From positions 23,574,133 to 23,638,132 of the forward strand of contig OZ316892.1 in the NCBI GenBank assembly GCA_973895155.1: 64,000 nucleotides of DNA. The letters are read 5' to 3'. Position numbers and translations under genes: made by a program. This stretch comes from Marsupella aquatica. Taxonomy: Eukaryota > Plantae > Marchantiophyta. The notes below the pieces were generated by a model. The model was not told the DNA's origin. It searched no databases and saw only the letters and a program-made list of their open reading frames with translations. Below are positions 24,723 to 35,790 of the stretch, piece by piece (the first letter of the stretch is position 1; each line of letters opens with the position of its first letter).

Positions 24723-27700
24723 TCAGGAGACTGGTGGGAGAGTCCCTTTACTTGGTGTGTCACCCTCGACCTCCATGATATCAAGATATCCGACTTCTAG
24801 AGATTCAAACTTGGGAGCTTTGATAAGGAGAGTAGAATCTGAGAAGTCAGAAGTGTACCCATCATCTGATTGGGTTTCGCCCATATGTGGTTCATCCATC
24901 CAACTGATAGTGACTCGGGGTGTCCCAAAGGACATCTGTCGTTGGTGCCAATCAACCTTGACCTTGGCCTTATATAACCAGGGTCTCCCTAATAGCAAAG
25001 GATAGGAGGAGGGAACTTCAGGTCGGAGAACTACAAAATCTAAGGGGAAAGTCAGGCCCCCAATAATTGTGTCGATCCCAATAAGTTTTCCTACTGGCAC
25101 TACTCTGGATTGATCGGCCATGCGTAGTACTTGTAAGGTCTTTTCAAACTTATGGATGCCAATGTTGGATGCTGTTTCCTCGGTCATGATGTTCACACTC
25201 GATCCTCCGTCTACTGGTACTTCGGGTATTACACACCCCATGATCTGAACTTCAATTTCCGGAGGTCCTTTATCTTCCCATTCTAGTCTCAAGGCCTCCA
25301 CAGAAGGTAGTTTCCTTCTTTTCCTCCTTCCTGTCAGCAAGGTTCTTAACTGCTTTTTATAAGTGGGATTGTCTTCTAATAGCTCCCCAATCGTAATGTT
25401 GGCAGGTTGGCTCTTGACAACGTCCACGATATCATACCCCTTTGGTTTGAGTGTTGGTACCAAGGTCATCTTGGGTTCAGGCTTTTTTAGCTCTGGAGGG
25501 ACTTCCTTCCGTTCCACTAGCAGGGGTGCATCCTTGGTTAACTCATGTATTTGAGTTTTAACCTCTGTAGATATGTCGGGCTGGAAGTACTTGGGGTCAT
25601 ACCTGTCATAGGCTGGATCATCCTCTTTTGGGATACCTTCCTTTGCCGGTATCCTTGTTTTGCTCTTCTGTTTGGATGATTTCTTCCGCTTAGAACCATC
25701 CTCACCGTGCTTCTTCTCATGATGAGACTTGGATCTGGTAGTGGCGTAAGTTTCCAAAACACGGTCCCGTTCTTGGACCCGTAGGTTGGGCATTCCCACA
25801 ACATGGTCTTGTACTAAGTGCTCTAAATCAACATCCGGAATAGTGCCTGATAGACTTTGGGTATAAATATTATGCACCTCCTCCTCAGCTTCTGCTTCTA
25901 TGGTCACATGACTGCATTGCTCCCGATTTTCTTGGCTATATATCATCCTTACTTCTTCAGGTCTGGGTGCTTCCTTCACAGGCTCTTTAGCAAATCTTAC
26001 CATCATCTTGGGTTTCGGAGGATTTGGGCATTCCACAGGGAGATGACCTTCCTTTCCACAGTTGCCACAAATTGGTGTGTACCCTACTTCTCTCTTTGGG
26101 TACGGACATTCTGGTGAGTAATGCCCTGGTTGACCACAATTATAGCAGGTTCCTTGTACTCGTGGTGCTCCTCTGGGTGGATAGCCTCCCGGAGGTCCCA
26201 TCGGTGGTCTTGGTATAGGCCGATTAAATGAGGAAGGTCCTGCGGATTTTTGTTGGGCCCATGAAGTTGGTCCCGCAGCAGGGGGAAAGTATTGCCCTGC
26301 AAACGGTGCTTGGACCGCATAGGTATCTCCATAGTCTAATAACTCTTCCTCTTCTCCATAATTGACAGCTCGTTGCAATGAAGGGCACTCATGATGATAG
26401 TGTCCTTGGTTATTACAGCGTGTACACCACACATTATTTCGTATGGTGGGTGGGAGTTTCCTAGTTGGTTTAAATATAGCGGCATTCACAGAGAGTTTAT
26501 TCAACTTACTAGTCAAGGAATCCATCATTTTATCTAGGGTCTTGGCTTTCTGAGGTACCGTGCTTTTCTGCATCCTTGTGGTCTTGGTGTCCGCATCGTC
26601 AGAACTTGGACTGGAGCTTGAGCTACTGCTGGAGCCCGAGTCGGAACTAGTTCCTTCAGTAGTGGTAGTGTCGCTATCACCAGACTCCGAGCTTGAAGAG
26701 GACTTTTTCTTTTTCTTTTTCTTTTTATCCTTCCTCTTACCCTTCTTCAAATCTTTTTTTACTCTTTTCTTCTCAGAAACTTCTGAGTCCACGTATTTTT
26801 GTGCTGCTTCCTGAGCTTCCTCAAAGGTTGTACCACCTTCTCGTCTTACATACCTTGCAATTCGGGAGGGCAGCCCGTTAATAAACCAATCTCTCGTGGT
26901 GGACTTGGCTGTATTGGGATTATATTTATCCACTAGATCTAGTAATTTATCTGCGTACTTTCTTACTGAGCCATGTTTCTTCATGGTTAGTTGAGAGATT
27001 CTAGCAAAAGCCCTTGCCTCAACACCATCCTCCTTATATTTGTCCAAGAAACCGGTCTTGGTTTTTCCCCAGTCATTCTTATCTGGAAATCGATCATACC
27101 ATTTTTGAGCATTCTTTTTTAATAACCCTCCAAAAATCGTGGCTTTTTCAGCGTCCTGGGTTTGCCCATTTGAGGTGGCTGCAGCTTCAAATTCCTTGAG
27201 GAAAGTCTCAGCATCCTCCTTAGATGTTCCCTTAAAGGTATCGTATCGAATATTATTTCGAGCCATTTGAGGTCGTCTTATAGGAACCGGAATTGGGTTA
27301 ATTGGAGGATAGGCTCTCAGAGATTGTGAGCTAGTGCTGGTGACTGATCCTTGAGATGTTAATGGTGAAATTGAATTTACGGAATTTGGAGTGCTTATCG
27401 CACTTAAGCTACTGCTGGCACTTCCATAACCAAGCGAGGGTAGTGCCTCTGCTAATCTGACAGATTCATCAATAGGCGTTCTTTGAAGTAAAGGTGAGTC
27501 AGAATTAAATTTTAAAGATTCAATTTGCTGAATTCCTCCTTCAATTATGCTTTCATGCCTTGTATTGGTAGTTTTTCCTGTTCCAATTATCTGAAACGCA
27601 GGTGTTCCCTCATATTCATCCAAGCTTTGTGTTCGTCTCAGTGGTTTGGCTATGTCAATTTCTTTCTTCTTAGGCTTAGGTGAGATGTATTGGACATCCC

Positions 27701-27827
27701 TAGAGCGTAATTTATAAATTGTTGGTCGACTTGTTGCAGGCTTGTCTACTGTTCCTTCTATTTCATTTCGTTGGATGAGGGTAACTCGCTCTACTACATT
27801 TCCCGGTGTTGGGTAATCTGGGGATTG
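24723..27827 (-). CDS. Gypsy gag-protease, 5'-truncated at the junction with the LTR fragment
   Basis: Retrotrans_gag-like region, three CCHC knuckles (CTRCNNQGHYHHEC, CYNCGQPGHYSPEC, CGNCGKEGHLPVEC) and protease VDGGS...LLGRPWL. The frame stays open upstream to 27827. Confidence 0.88.
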   Translation of the reverse strand, partial: QSPDYPTPGNVVERVTLIQRNEIEGTVDKPATSRPTIYKLRSRDVQYISPKPKKKEIDIAKPLRRTQSLDEYEGTPAFQIIGTGKTTNTRHESIIEGGIQQIESLKFNSDSPLLQRTPIDESVRLAEALPSLGYGSASSSLSAISTPNSVNSISPLTSQGSVTSTSSQSLRAYPPINPIPVPIRRPQMARNNIRYDTFKGTSKEDAETFLKEFEAAATSNGQTQDAEKATIFGGLLKKNAQKWYDRFPDKNDWGKTKTGFLDKYKEDGVEARAFARISQLTMKKHGSVRKYADKLLDLVDKYNPNTAKSTTRDWFINGLPSRIARYVRREGGTTFEEAQEAAQKYVDSEVSEKKRVKKDLKKGKRKDKKKKKKKKSSSSSESGDSDTTTTEGTSSDSGSSSSSSSSPSSDDADTKTTRMQKSTVPQKAKTLDKMMDSLTSKLNKLSVNAAIFKPTRKLPPTIRNNVWCTRCNNQGHYHHECPSLQRAVNYGEEEELLDYGDTYAVQAPFAGQYFPPAAGPTSWAQQKSAGPSSFNRPIPRPPMGPPGGYPPRGAPRVQGTCYNCGQPGHYSPECPYPKREVGYTPICGNCGKEGHLPVECPNPPKPKMMVRFAKEPVKEAPRPEEVRMIYSQENREQCSHVTIEAEAEEEVHNIYTQSLSGTIPDVDLEHLVQDHVVGMPNLRVQERDRVLETYATTRSKSHHEKKHGEDGSKRKKSSKQKSKTRIPAKEGIPKEDDPAYDRYDPKYFQPDISTEVKTQIHELTKDAPLLVERKEVPPELKKPEPKMTLVPTLKPKGYDIVDVVKSQPANITIGELLEDNPTYKKQLRTLLTGRRKRRKLPSVEALRLEWEDKGPPEIEVQIMGCVIPEVPVDGGSSVNIMTEETASNIGIHKFEKTLQVLRMADQSRVVPVGKLIGIDTIIGGLTFPLDFVVLRPEVPSSYPLLLGRPWLYKAKVKVDWHQRQMSFGTPRVTISWMDEPHMGETQSDDGYTSDFSDSTLLIKAPKFESLEVGYLDIMEVEGDTPSKGTLPPVS

Positions 27828-30506
27828 GAAGTCAGGAGTGAGCGCCTATGTTCTGGATTCCTCCCCCTTCAAGGCCTGCTCCTCGTTTTGTTGCAAAGTC
27901 CCGTTGGAGTTAGCCGTAGCCTGTCACAATCGCGGGGCTCGCCAGTTCGCAAGTCGCAACTCTTAAAGTCGTAAAGTCTTAAAGTAGGGTTTACTCGTAA
28001 ACCCTTAAACTCTTAAACTATTAAACACTTCAACTCTTCAACTCTTAAACTCTTAAACTATTAAAGTAGGGTTTACTCGTAAACCCGTAAACTCTTAAAC
28101 ACTTCAACTCTTCAACCCTTAAACTCTTAATCTTCGGCAGAGTTTAGTTTACTCGAGTTATCAGCAAATATAGTTTAACTACTTCAAAAATTTAAAAATT
28201 TTCCGGTTTTCTTCATGACTTTGGAATTACTGCCTATCTACACAACCCGTCGTCGGAATCACAATATGATCGGTGCGCCGCGTTGCTAACTCCAGTGGCA
28301 ACGTCCTCGCCGAAAAAGAACCAAAAAAGTTACCGTTCAACGGACAGAATCTTTGTCGGACAGCCAAAAAACAGCTCTTTGTTTTTTTTGGGAATATTCC
28401 TGTACAGTCCGAGAGGTCTCATAGGGGGCCATTCCCCCTGTCGGAGCGATTAAAATGGAGGGCGGCAGGTCTTGGCACAAGGAGAACAAAGGGGAGGAAA
28501 AAATGGCTAAAAATAGGCCCTAAAGGGGGTCCAAATGCCCCTTAGCCAAAAATCCGCTCAAAAATGCGCATCCGCGTATGCGCGACGCGAGGCGGGCCAG
28601 GGAGTATTCGCGTATCGGGCCGCGCATTTACAAGGCGTATGGCCGTGTACACCTAAGGCAGGGTCCGCAACCGCGTCACGCGAAGCAGGAGGCGGGCGCT
28701 GCAGGGCCGGCCGAAGGGAGGGTGATGGGGGGTGCCGGGGCGCGATTAAAATGGCCGAGGCGGGCCAGGCTTGAAGTAGGAGCGGGGGCGCGGGGTCGTG
28801 ACCCTAAGGCAAGGCAGCGTCACCGACGGGAGGAAAACAAAAGAGGCCGGTGCGGGCTAGGTGCGAGAGGGATGCAGCTGCCGGCCGACTGCAAACGCGC
28901 CGGCCGGCGCTGCGCAGGGCGCCACCCCGCCACGAAAAATGGGAGTGCGAAGGGGGGGCAGGCAAATACCAGTATACAGGGCCGGGGGGTGTCGGGGAGG
29001 AGGGGGGAGTTCGGGTGTGTGTATACACACCCGAATACACACACAAGTCCCCCCATTAGACCCCCTTAAGTGGAAAAATTAACCCTAAAATGACAAATAT
29101 CGATTACTCACCTCTTAGCCGCTGTTTCTCACAAGAAAAGTGAACAATGTTGACGGGAAATGTTGCCGAATTGCACCGGCACAGTCTGTAGCTCCAGCAG
29201 AGTAAAAACTTTCCGCCGCGTCATCTTCACTCCGCGTCAAGTACCAATCCCGGGCTCAAAACGACCGCCTTGCCGTGATCAAACCGTTGAGCCGTGGCAC
29301 TCCGCGTTTCTTCCACCGAGTCAGACGTCACAAAGAGAAACCCGGTTCAGATGGGAACAAGCTCCATAGCTTGTGAAAAAACCTGAATGTCTCTTTCACT
29401 CGTCACGACGCACTCAGTAACAACTCGGTAGCAACTCAGCTACCGAAACAACCAGCTCGCATCAACCTTCAACAGGAGCTACAATGTGCGATCCCTCCCG
29501 CACCGCATAGCTCACACCGTTGAAAAATGCAAACTCTGGTCACTCCCCCGAAAAGCCGTCGAACACGAATAAAACCTGAACGACGCAAATTTCAAATCCT
29601 CCGCACCACGGATACCGATCAGCGAGTTCTAACCACCGTTAGAAAGCCCTCTCACTAACCTATCCGCTCAGCCACACATATTCGAGTTTCATGCGACAAA
29701 ACTCCAAATATCCCATCGACAATGAACGCTGGAAAAACCTATCACGAAAAAACCTCGTCACCTCCCAGGCATGCTTTGATACCACTTGTTGAGCATAGAC
29801 GACATTCGTAACAGCAAGCCCATGAACCATCCAACGCACAAGAGTCGACACAGAGAGATACGTGGTTCACCTCCACATGAGGCTATGTCCATGGGAACAC
29901 ACAAGAGCTTTACTGCACTCTAAACCGACCGGCCATACCAAGCATCCACAGCACAAGCTCTCCCTATCTCTCAACTAGCTCCATAACAATGAGCCTAAGT
30001 TCCACCAGGGTCTGGCATCAGCCCTAGCTATATACACAATAGCACTATCGCTAACATTAGCTAAGTCCTAACCCAAGTTAGCCTAACTATAGTTAGCTCA
30101 TGAGTCACAAGACTAGGGCAATATCTAACACAAGACAACCTCACAACCTCCACTTTCTAGCATAATTGTGGTCACAAGGGAGTGCCCCACCCCTAACCTG
30201 CAATCAAGCGGCGGTCATCAAGGCCAGCAAGCAGCAGCATCTAGCAGAAATTTGATGTCACACCATAAAACCTGCCTCACATCAAGCATTGCAAACCAGG
30301 GCTGCAGGTTTATTTATGTTGGCAAGGAGTAACGGGGGCCTCTCCATGGCTATCAACTCAGTGTTTTTAGCGGTACGAGGCAACCAAACTGCTGGAGACT
30401 CTCTAAAGCACTCGGTTTGAAGGGAGTTATTGCACAGAAGCAGACCTATCTGCAAAGGTTATGACTCTTATAGCAAAATCTTACAAAAGTCTTCAAAATA
30501 GAACCT

Positions 30507-30882
30507 TGTCACCCCATGTTGCATTTGAGTTGCAACTTTGTTGGTTGCACATGTGTTGTGAGTTTGGGAGGGTGACCTGGCATAGCAGGTCACCTGGTAG
30601 GGGTGACCTCTTCACCCAGGTTACCATGCCTTTGTGCCATGGGGGTATACCTTGGAGAATGAGGGATTAGCTCCTCATTCTTCCAAGTTGAGCCTCCCGG
30701 CACTAGTAGAGCTCATGTGAGTGTGGCTATGGTGAGAGAGAGAGAGTGTATGCCGGTTGGCATGTAGAGCGATATTGGCAGGGTTCTGCTATGTGTATAG
30801 ACTTGGAGTCCTGCATGGCTAGCGGGTGAGTTTGGCTTGACTTAGTGATACCTTGCAGCGGGGTCCCGTTTCGCAAGAGATT
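30507..30882 (+). repeat. Terminal repeat A1 (376 bp)
   Basis: Matches 45910-46285 with ~9 substitutions by eye, mostly transitions. Confidence 0.93.
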
Positions 30883-30955
30883 ACTTGGAAGAATGAAGGA
30901 GGAGAGCGGATGCTCTCAGTTTTTCTAAATTGTGCGGACCAACGGAGGTGCTCGG

Positions 30956-31849
30956 CCCTGGGCCCTCAGCTTACAAAATAATGAAACATACGTGCAAACA
31001 TTTGATGGGTATTAAATATCAAATCCGCAAATAATATTATAACACTATTCTAAGCAACAAGGTCCTTGTTTATATTTGCAACCAATTAGAAGAGGTGAAG
31101 GGCTTTCTAAAATGTGTCCCAAAGTTAATGAATTGAAGGGCCATAGTAATACCTAATGACACGCGTCACTTGTTCATTGGACCACGTGTCATCACACCAG
31201 TGGATTAGGGAGTTCTAATTTCAAGAAGGACAGTAGTGAAGCCCAATGGGTTTGTGTTGAGTGTGATGATTCCAGTATTTGTAATATTTGTTCTCAGTTT
31301 TAAGAAGTGGATGCTCCCATCCTATATGTATGGAGCAACATTAAGAATCTGTGGCCCAGTAAGATGTCTGGCACTTTATAGACAAGAGTAGTGGATGACT
31401 TCTTTGGCTTGTTAAGTGCAATGTCACCTCTAATGTCTTGTAGTGAGATTTTGTTGGAATCTTGTGGAGAACTTTGATATGTAGTCCCGTATGTAGTTTG
31501 AGTTAGATGTTTGTGTGCTAAAGCCCCAATGGCTTGCACACACATTGCCAAATATTATATGGCAATATGTTTGTTTAGTGTACTTGCCATTTAATGGTAC
31601 ATTAAATAAAATGTGCATTCATGATTGAATCTCTTCGCAAAAGATTTTTTCTATAACAAATGAAGGATGTTTTAAATCCCCAACTCTATCTGATTATAAT
31701 AACATATGTAAATTTTATATAGGACTGAAAATTCTTTTTAGAACAAACAAGATACATTTTAATGTTCTTCCAAAATATAACAAGGGGTACCTAGGGGGCC
31801 TTCGGTCACAGGTATGTCTCATTACATTTCCCTTAGTGAGGGCCCAAGG
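30956..31849. mobile_element. Non-autonomous DNA transposon (MITE-like) in the leader of the DNMT element
   Basis: TIRs ccctgggccctca / tgagggcccaagg (12 of 13 match). 8-bp TSD GTGCTCGG (30948-30955 / 31850-31857). AT-rich non-coding interior. Confidence 0.8.
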
Positions 31850-32249
31850 GTGCTCGGTGGAGCTCGGTGATTCATCCGTTCGTTCGTTGTTTGTTGGTGC
31901 CAATCGTTGGTGGGCGTTTGCTGATCGCTGGTTGATGCTGCTGGTTGGCAACACGTATCTGGGCGCGGAAGTGCTGTTGAAAATCATCATTGGTGGTAGT
32001 TGCTGCCAAGTGATTGTTGTCCCGTAGGAGTGCCACAGTTTGTTGCATAGCCAAACTGGAGACAGGAGTGACTCGTAGTGGTGCCCAATTTCGACCTTTG
32101 GAGGCAGAAGAGGGCACTGTGTCACCTGGGTGCGGCATTGGCACCGACCTTGCCGTGGAGGAGGCGACGCAATTACTGTCCCGATTGTCACTGTATTCAC
32201 GCATTAGTCCCTACAATTGGGACATGGAGCATTCCACGGATAGTCGGAT

Positions 32250-34500
32250 TCGGAGGTTTTTGGGAGATGTTGGCACCATGGAGTTGCCACATTTCATTAT
32301 GGAGTTTGAGCGGGTGTGATCAACAGAAGTTGCACAGCACGGCATTCTCCCCTTTCATGGCATGGCGGGCATTGTTCCAGCACTTGGAGGGGCCACCCAT
32401 GACTGACTATGAGGAGTTCCAGACGATGTATGCTGAGCACATTGAGTCTTGGAGACGCAAGTGGTCTCCAGATTACATCTCACTCACAAGTGAAGACGTG
32501 TCCCCGAAGGAGGAAGAGGGTGCTAGCAGCTCTAGCACATCGTTGCCAATCCCCAGGTTCAACCCGATGGTGGAGTTCTTCAAGGTGTTGAAGAAGAATT
32601 ACTAGGGTGTCCGCGTGGACAAGTTGTTGAGCCTCCAGACATTCAACAGGATAGAGGGTGAGAGTTTGCGCAAGGCGTACACGCGCATGAGACGGTTGAT
32701 CAGTACCACGGAGGGCATTACTGATGCTCAAGCTATCCAGATTTGGTACCAGGCCCTGGATAAGGATTTGAGGAACCGGGTTCGGTTTTTGGCGTTGGCC
32801 ACTGATGAGAAACTGACACTGGAGAAAGTTTTCCTGCTTTCTGATACCATTGATATGAATCGGTCAGAGGAGAAGGTTGTCACCCTTGGATTTGGCAAGG
32901 AGTCCCCTGGAGGCAGTGTTGCTAGTCCATCTGGTGGGCAGCAGCCACATCGATTGGGGAATGTGCTAGGGAGGGCACAGCCCAATGCTCCCGGTGGTGC
33001 TGTTGTTGGTGGCAGGAGAGCAGTAGCACCCCAACGTCCCTTTCAGCCCTCTTATGCCACTCAGGTGGAGTGCTGGCGCTGTAAGGGACCTCATAACCAG
33101 CTTGATTGCCCTGATCGAAAGGGTCCACCACGTGCAAAGCCGGGCGGAGCTGCCACTAGACAGCCTGATCTTAGGCGTTGTGACCATTGTCACCAAGATG
33201 GGCATACTATTGACAGGTGTTTTCAGCTGCATCCAGAGACGTTTTGGTGCTGCCCACAGGGGAGTTCCTCCTAGAGGTCGTGGAGGCCGCCGCCCTGGTC
33301 GTGGAGGTGACAGGGTAGTCCCCGCAGCTGATGCACAGACCACCGATCCTGCAGCAGCCACCAGGATCCAAGAGTTGGAGAAACAATTGGCAGCAACCAA
33401 TTTGGTGTTGCGGGCCCTTAGCAACGGTGAGGCCTCTAGTTCCCGCACCATGGATAGTTCACAGATTGCTCCTGGATTCAGTGACTTGGATTACATGTGC
33501 GGTGTTGCACAATTAGACAGTGGTGCAGCTGTCACTAGAGTAGTGGCTAGGGTTGCTGAGCCACGAGGTGCTGCCGTGGAGCTGGATCCACACTGAGGGG
33601 AGGCCAGCCGGCAACAGAGATTACCACAGAGTTTTACATTGATAGATACTGCACGGACTTCTACTATGGCACCCATTGTTGACAGTAGTGGACCTTCTGT
33701 CCACTCTCGTGGTCACATGGGGCCACCCAATATTGCTTATGACATGGTCACTAGCCTAGTGTTGGGGGCGGCTAGAGCCCTGTGTCAGGTTCCATTGTTT
33801 TCTTGTGCTCACTTATCTTCTCTTGGAGTTCCTGTTGCGGATGTGTTGCGCCAGGCAGCTGCATTGTATGATACTGGAGCAGTTTTGGCATCTAGCTATG
33901 ACACAGCTGGTCCACCGGTTGGCCCAGATGCCACAGGGTCCAGCCATTCTTTGTTGAGAGATGCTAAGACTTCTTGGCAGGCTTCTGTTGCTCGATTGAG
34001 TGAGCTCCCTGCCAGACCAGCCATTGATCGGAGTGTTGTGACTCCCGGCGTGGTTGTGGTGGACAACCGTGCTGGTGTTTTTACATTGGTTGGCCCTAGT
34101 GGCACAGTGTATGTGCCACCCCGTGTATTGTTGGATTCAGGTGCACAACCTCTCATGCTGGGGAAAGCAGCTGTCCAAGGCCTGGGCTTGAAGAAGGTTG
34201 AGGTGGAGCCTTGCCCATTTCAGATTCATACATCTCTTGGTGTCCAAGAGAAGGCACAGCACATGATGCGAGACAACCTTACTGTGAGGTTAAATCCCCA
34301 CCGCACTGGAGATGACTCTGCCTTGAAGGTGAAAGCCATTGTCACACCTATAGAGTCTTATGATGTTTTGGTAGGGGGAGCTGTACTCTACCCCATGGGC
34401 TTTGTGTTGGATTACTGGCAGGAGACTGTTCACTATCGACCAGGATGGCAGTCTGGTGATGGTAGCAAGTGTGAGTTACCCGTCCACTACTTTTTGCGTC
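32250..34500 (+). pseudogene. gag (two CCHC-like knuckles) and aspartic protease of the DNMT element, disrupted
   Basis: CWRCKGPHNQLDC, CDHCHQDGHTIDRC and protease VLLDSGAQ...YDVLVGG. Several in-frame stops and frameshifts. The start is approximate. Confidence 0.75.
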
Positions 34501-34837
34501 GGACTGAGCCATCACCAGAGCAGATATTAGTTTGTCAGCTTGTGCTGGAGCTATCACCTGGCCAGGTGATCTCTTGGAGGGTAATGCCCATGCTGCAGAC
34601 ATCCCCGTAGCAGAGCAGTTGCACAACTCCTCAGGTAACCACAACATTCCCATTGTCCCACAGGTATGGGGTTTCACTTCTGAGTTACAGCAGCATGCTG
34701 ATTCATATATACAGGCAGCATGGCGTGAACCATTTGCCCCTTTCACGGAGCCACCTATGGTGGATGGCATTCCCAGGTTGATCACAGTGTCCCCATTGGA
34801 CACCACACCCATTTTGTGGACATACCCTACTGAGGGT

Positions 34838-35790
34838 ATTCGCTTGTTGGAATTGTTTGGTGGCATGAGCACTGGTTTAGCTGCTATCTTACATGCTGGC
34901 ATTAGAGTGCAGCAGTATCTCTATGTGGAGCGCGATGACACAGCCCGACGTGTCTCATTGCGTCATGTGCTCAGTTACATCAGCAGTTCCCTGATTTGTT
35001 GCCTCTATCAGCTATCAGAGGTTATCAGCACACTTTGCCAACAGACATCTCACTTTTGGGGGCGCCAGATTTAGTATGCATTGGTGTGATTCACCTTGTC
35101 ATTGCTGGGTGGCCATGCCAGGGCCATTCCTCTACTGGGACAGGATCTGGTCTCAAAGACCATCGTTCTCACATGTTTTGGGAGATGCTGCATGTCATGA
35201 GGTTTTTGCAGGAGCAGCAGCATGTCTCTCTTGCCTATGTTCTGGAGAATGTTCCTTTGTTGGGTGATACTCGGTCACAGATGGTGGCTAGTATGCACCA
35301 AGTGCGGTCCTGGTTAGGACCTGCTATTTTTTTAGATGCTGCTAGTGTCGGATCGACAACACATCATCCACGATTATGGTGGACCAACTTGATGCCGCCT
35401 GAGGTTTTGCGGAGGGCATATCAGCACATTGTGCGGCCTGTTGGGCTCACTGTGGACCGCATTTTGGATGCTGGACGGCATGCACAATTGGTGCATCACA
35501 ATGATCGCTCCCCATCGGCAGTGGTGAACCGGGTTGGTCAGCCCCGTGCAGCACTACCCACTTTGGTGAGTTTCCCCTCATTGTATGCTTACCGTAATGG
35601 TGGACCGGGGTTAATTTGGGATTCTCACCACAAAGAGCTGACGGAACCTACTGCTGATGAGCGTGAGCGTGCTATGGGATTTCAGACTCGCCCCACAGCA
35701 GTACCCTCAGTGACTGGAGCAGCACGCCGTCACATTCTGGGTCAGGCTATGGATCTTAATTGTTTGACTTGGATTATGAGCTTAGCCTTG
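34838..35790 (+). pseudogene. DNMT3-like C5 cytosine DNA methyltransferase domain embedded in pol (one frameshift near 34970)
   Basis: Motif I IRLLELFGGMSTG, motif II YLYVE, motif IV IAGWPCQG (catalytic Cys codon 35116-35118), motif VI LENV (ENV at 35245-35253), motif VIII HPRLWWTNL, and C-terminal ERERAMGF...RRHILGQAM. These are colinear with DNMT3 IRVLSLFDG / GGSPC / ENV / RARYFWGNL / EMERVFGF / RQRLLGRSW. Confidence 0.88.

Larger units (their letters stand above)
17707..28242 (-). mobile_element. Ty3/Gypsy LTR retrotransposon with an apparent ~4.07-kb 3' LTR and a truncated 5' LTR, nested in Copia-A
   Basis: Termini TGTAG...CTACA and TSD CAACC (17702-17706 / 28243-28247). Removing it restores the Copia leader seen intact in Copia-B (ccaagtac.acccgtcgtcggaa). 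27828-28242 repeats 21360-21774 with one mismatch seen. PPT gaggagagggcta at 21775-21787. Confidence 0.9.
12711..30130 (-). mobile_element. Ty1/Copia LTR retrotransposon (Copia-A, ~6.9 kb without its insert), interrupted by a Gypsy element in its 5' leader
   Basis: 5' LTR 29787-30130 and 3' LTR 12711-13053 (TG...CA, ~15 differences by eye). TSD CAAGA (12706-12710 / 30131-30135). tRNA-iMet-type PBS tggtatcaaagc at 29773-29784. PPT agggggagtt at 13054-13063. Confidence 0.95.

Noticed and set aside
28273-29082. Cluster of overlapping Arg/Gly/Ala-rich ORFs on both strands
   Set aside because: They fall in the GC-rich Copia-A leader where stops are scarce. No recognisable domain, and not conserved in Copia-B.
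30502-30506. Alternative 5-bp TSD AACCT for the DNMT element
   Set aside because: It would require the element to end in ...GAC, breaking the TGTC/GACA terminal symmetry. The 4-bp ACCT reading is preferred but needs other copies to confirm.
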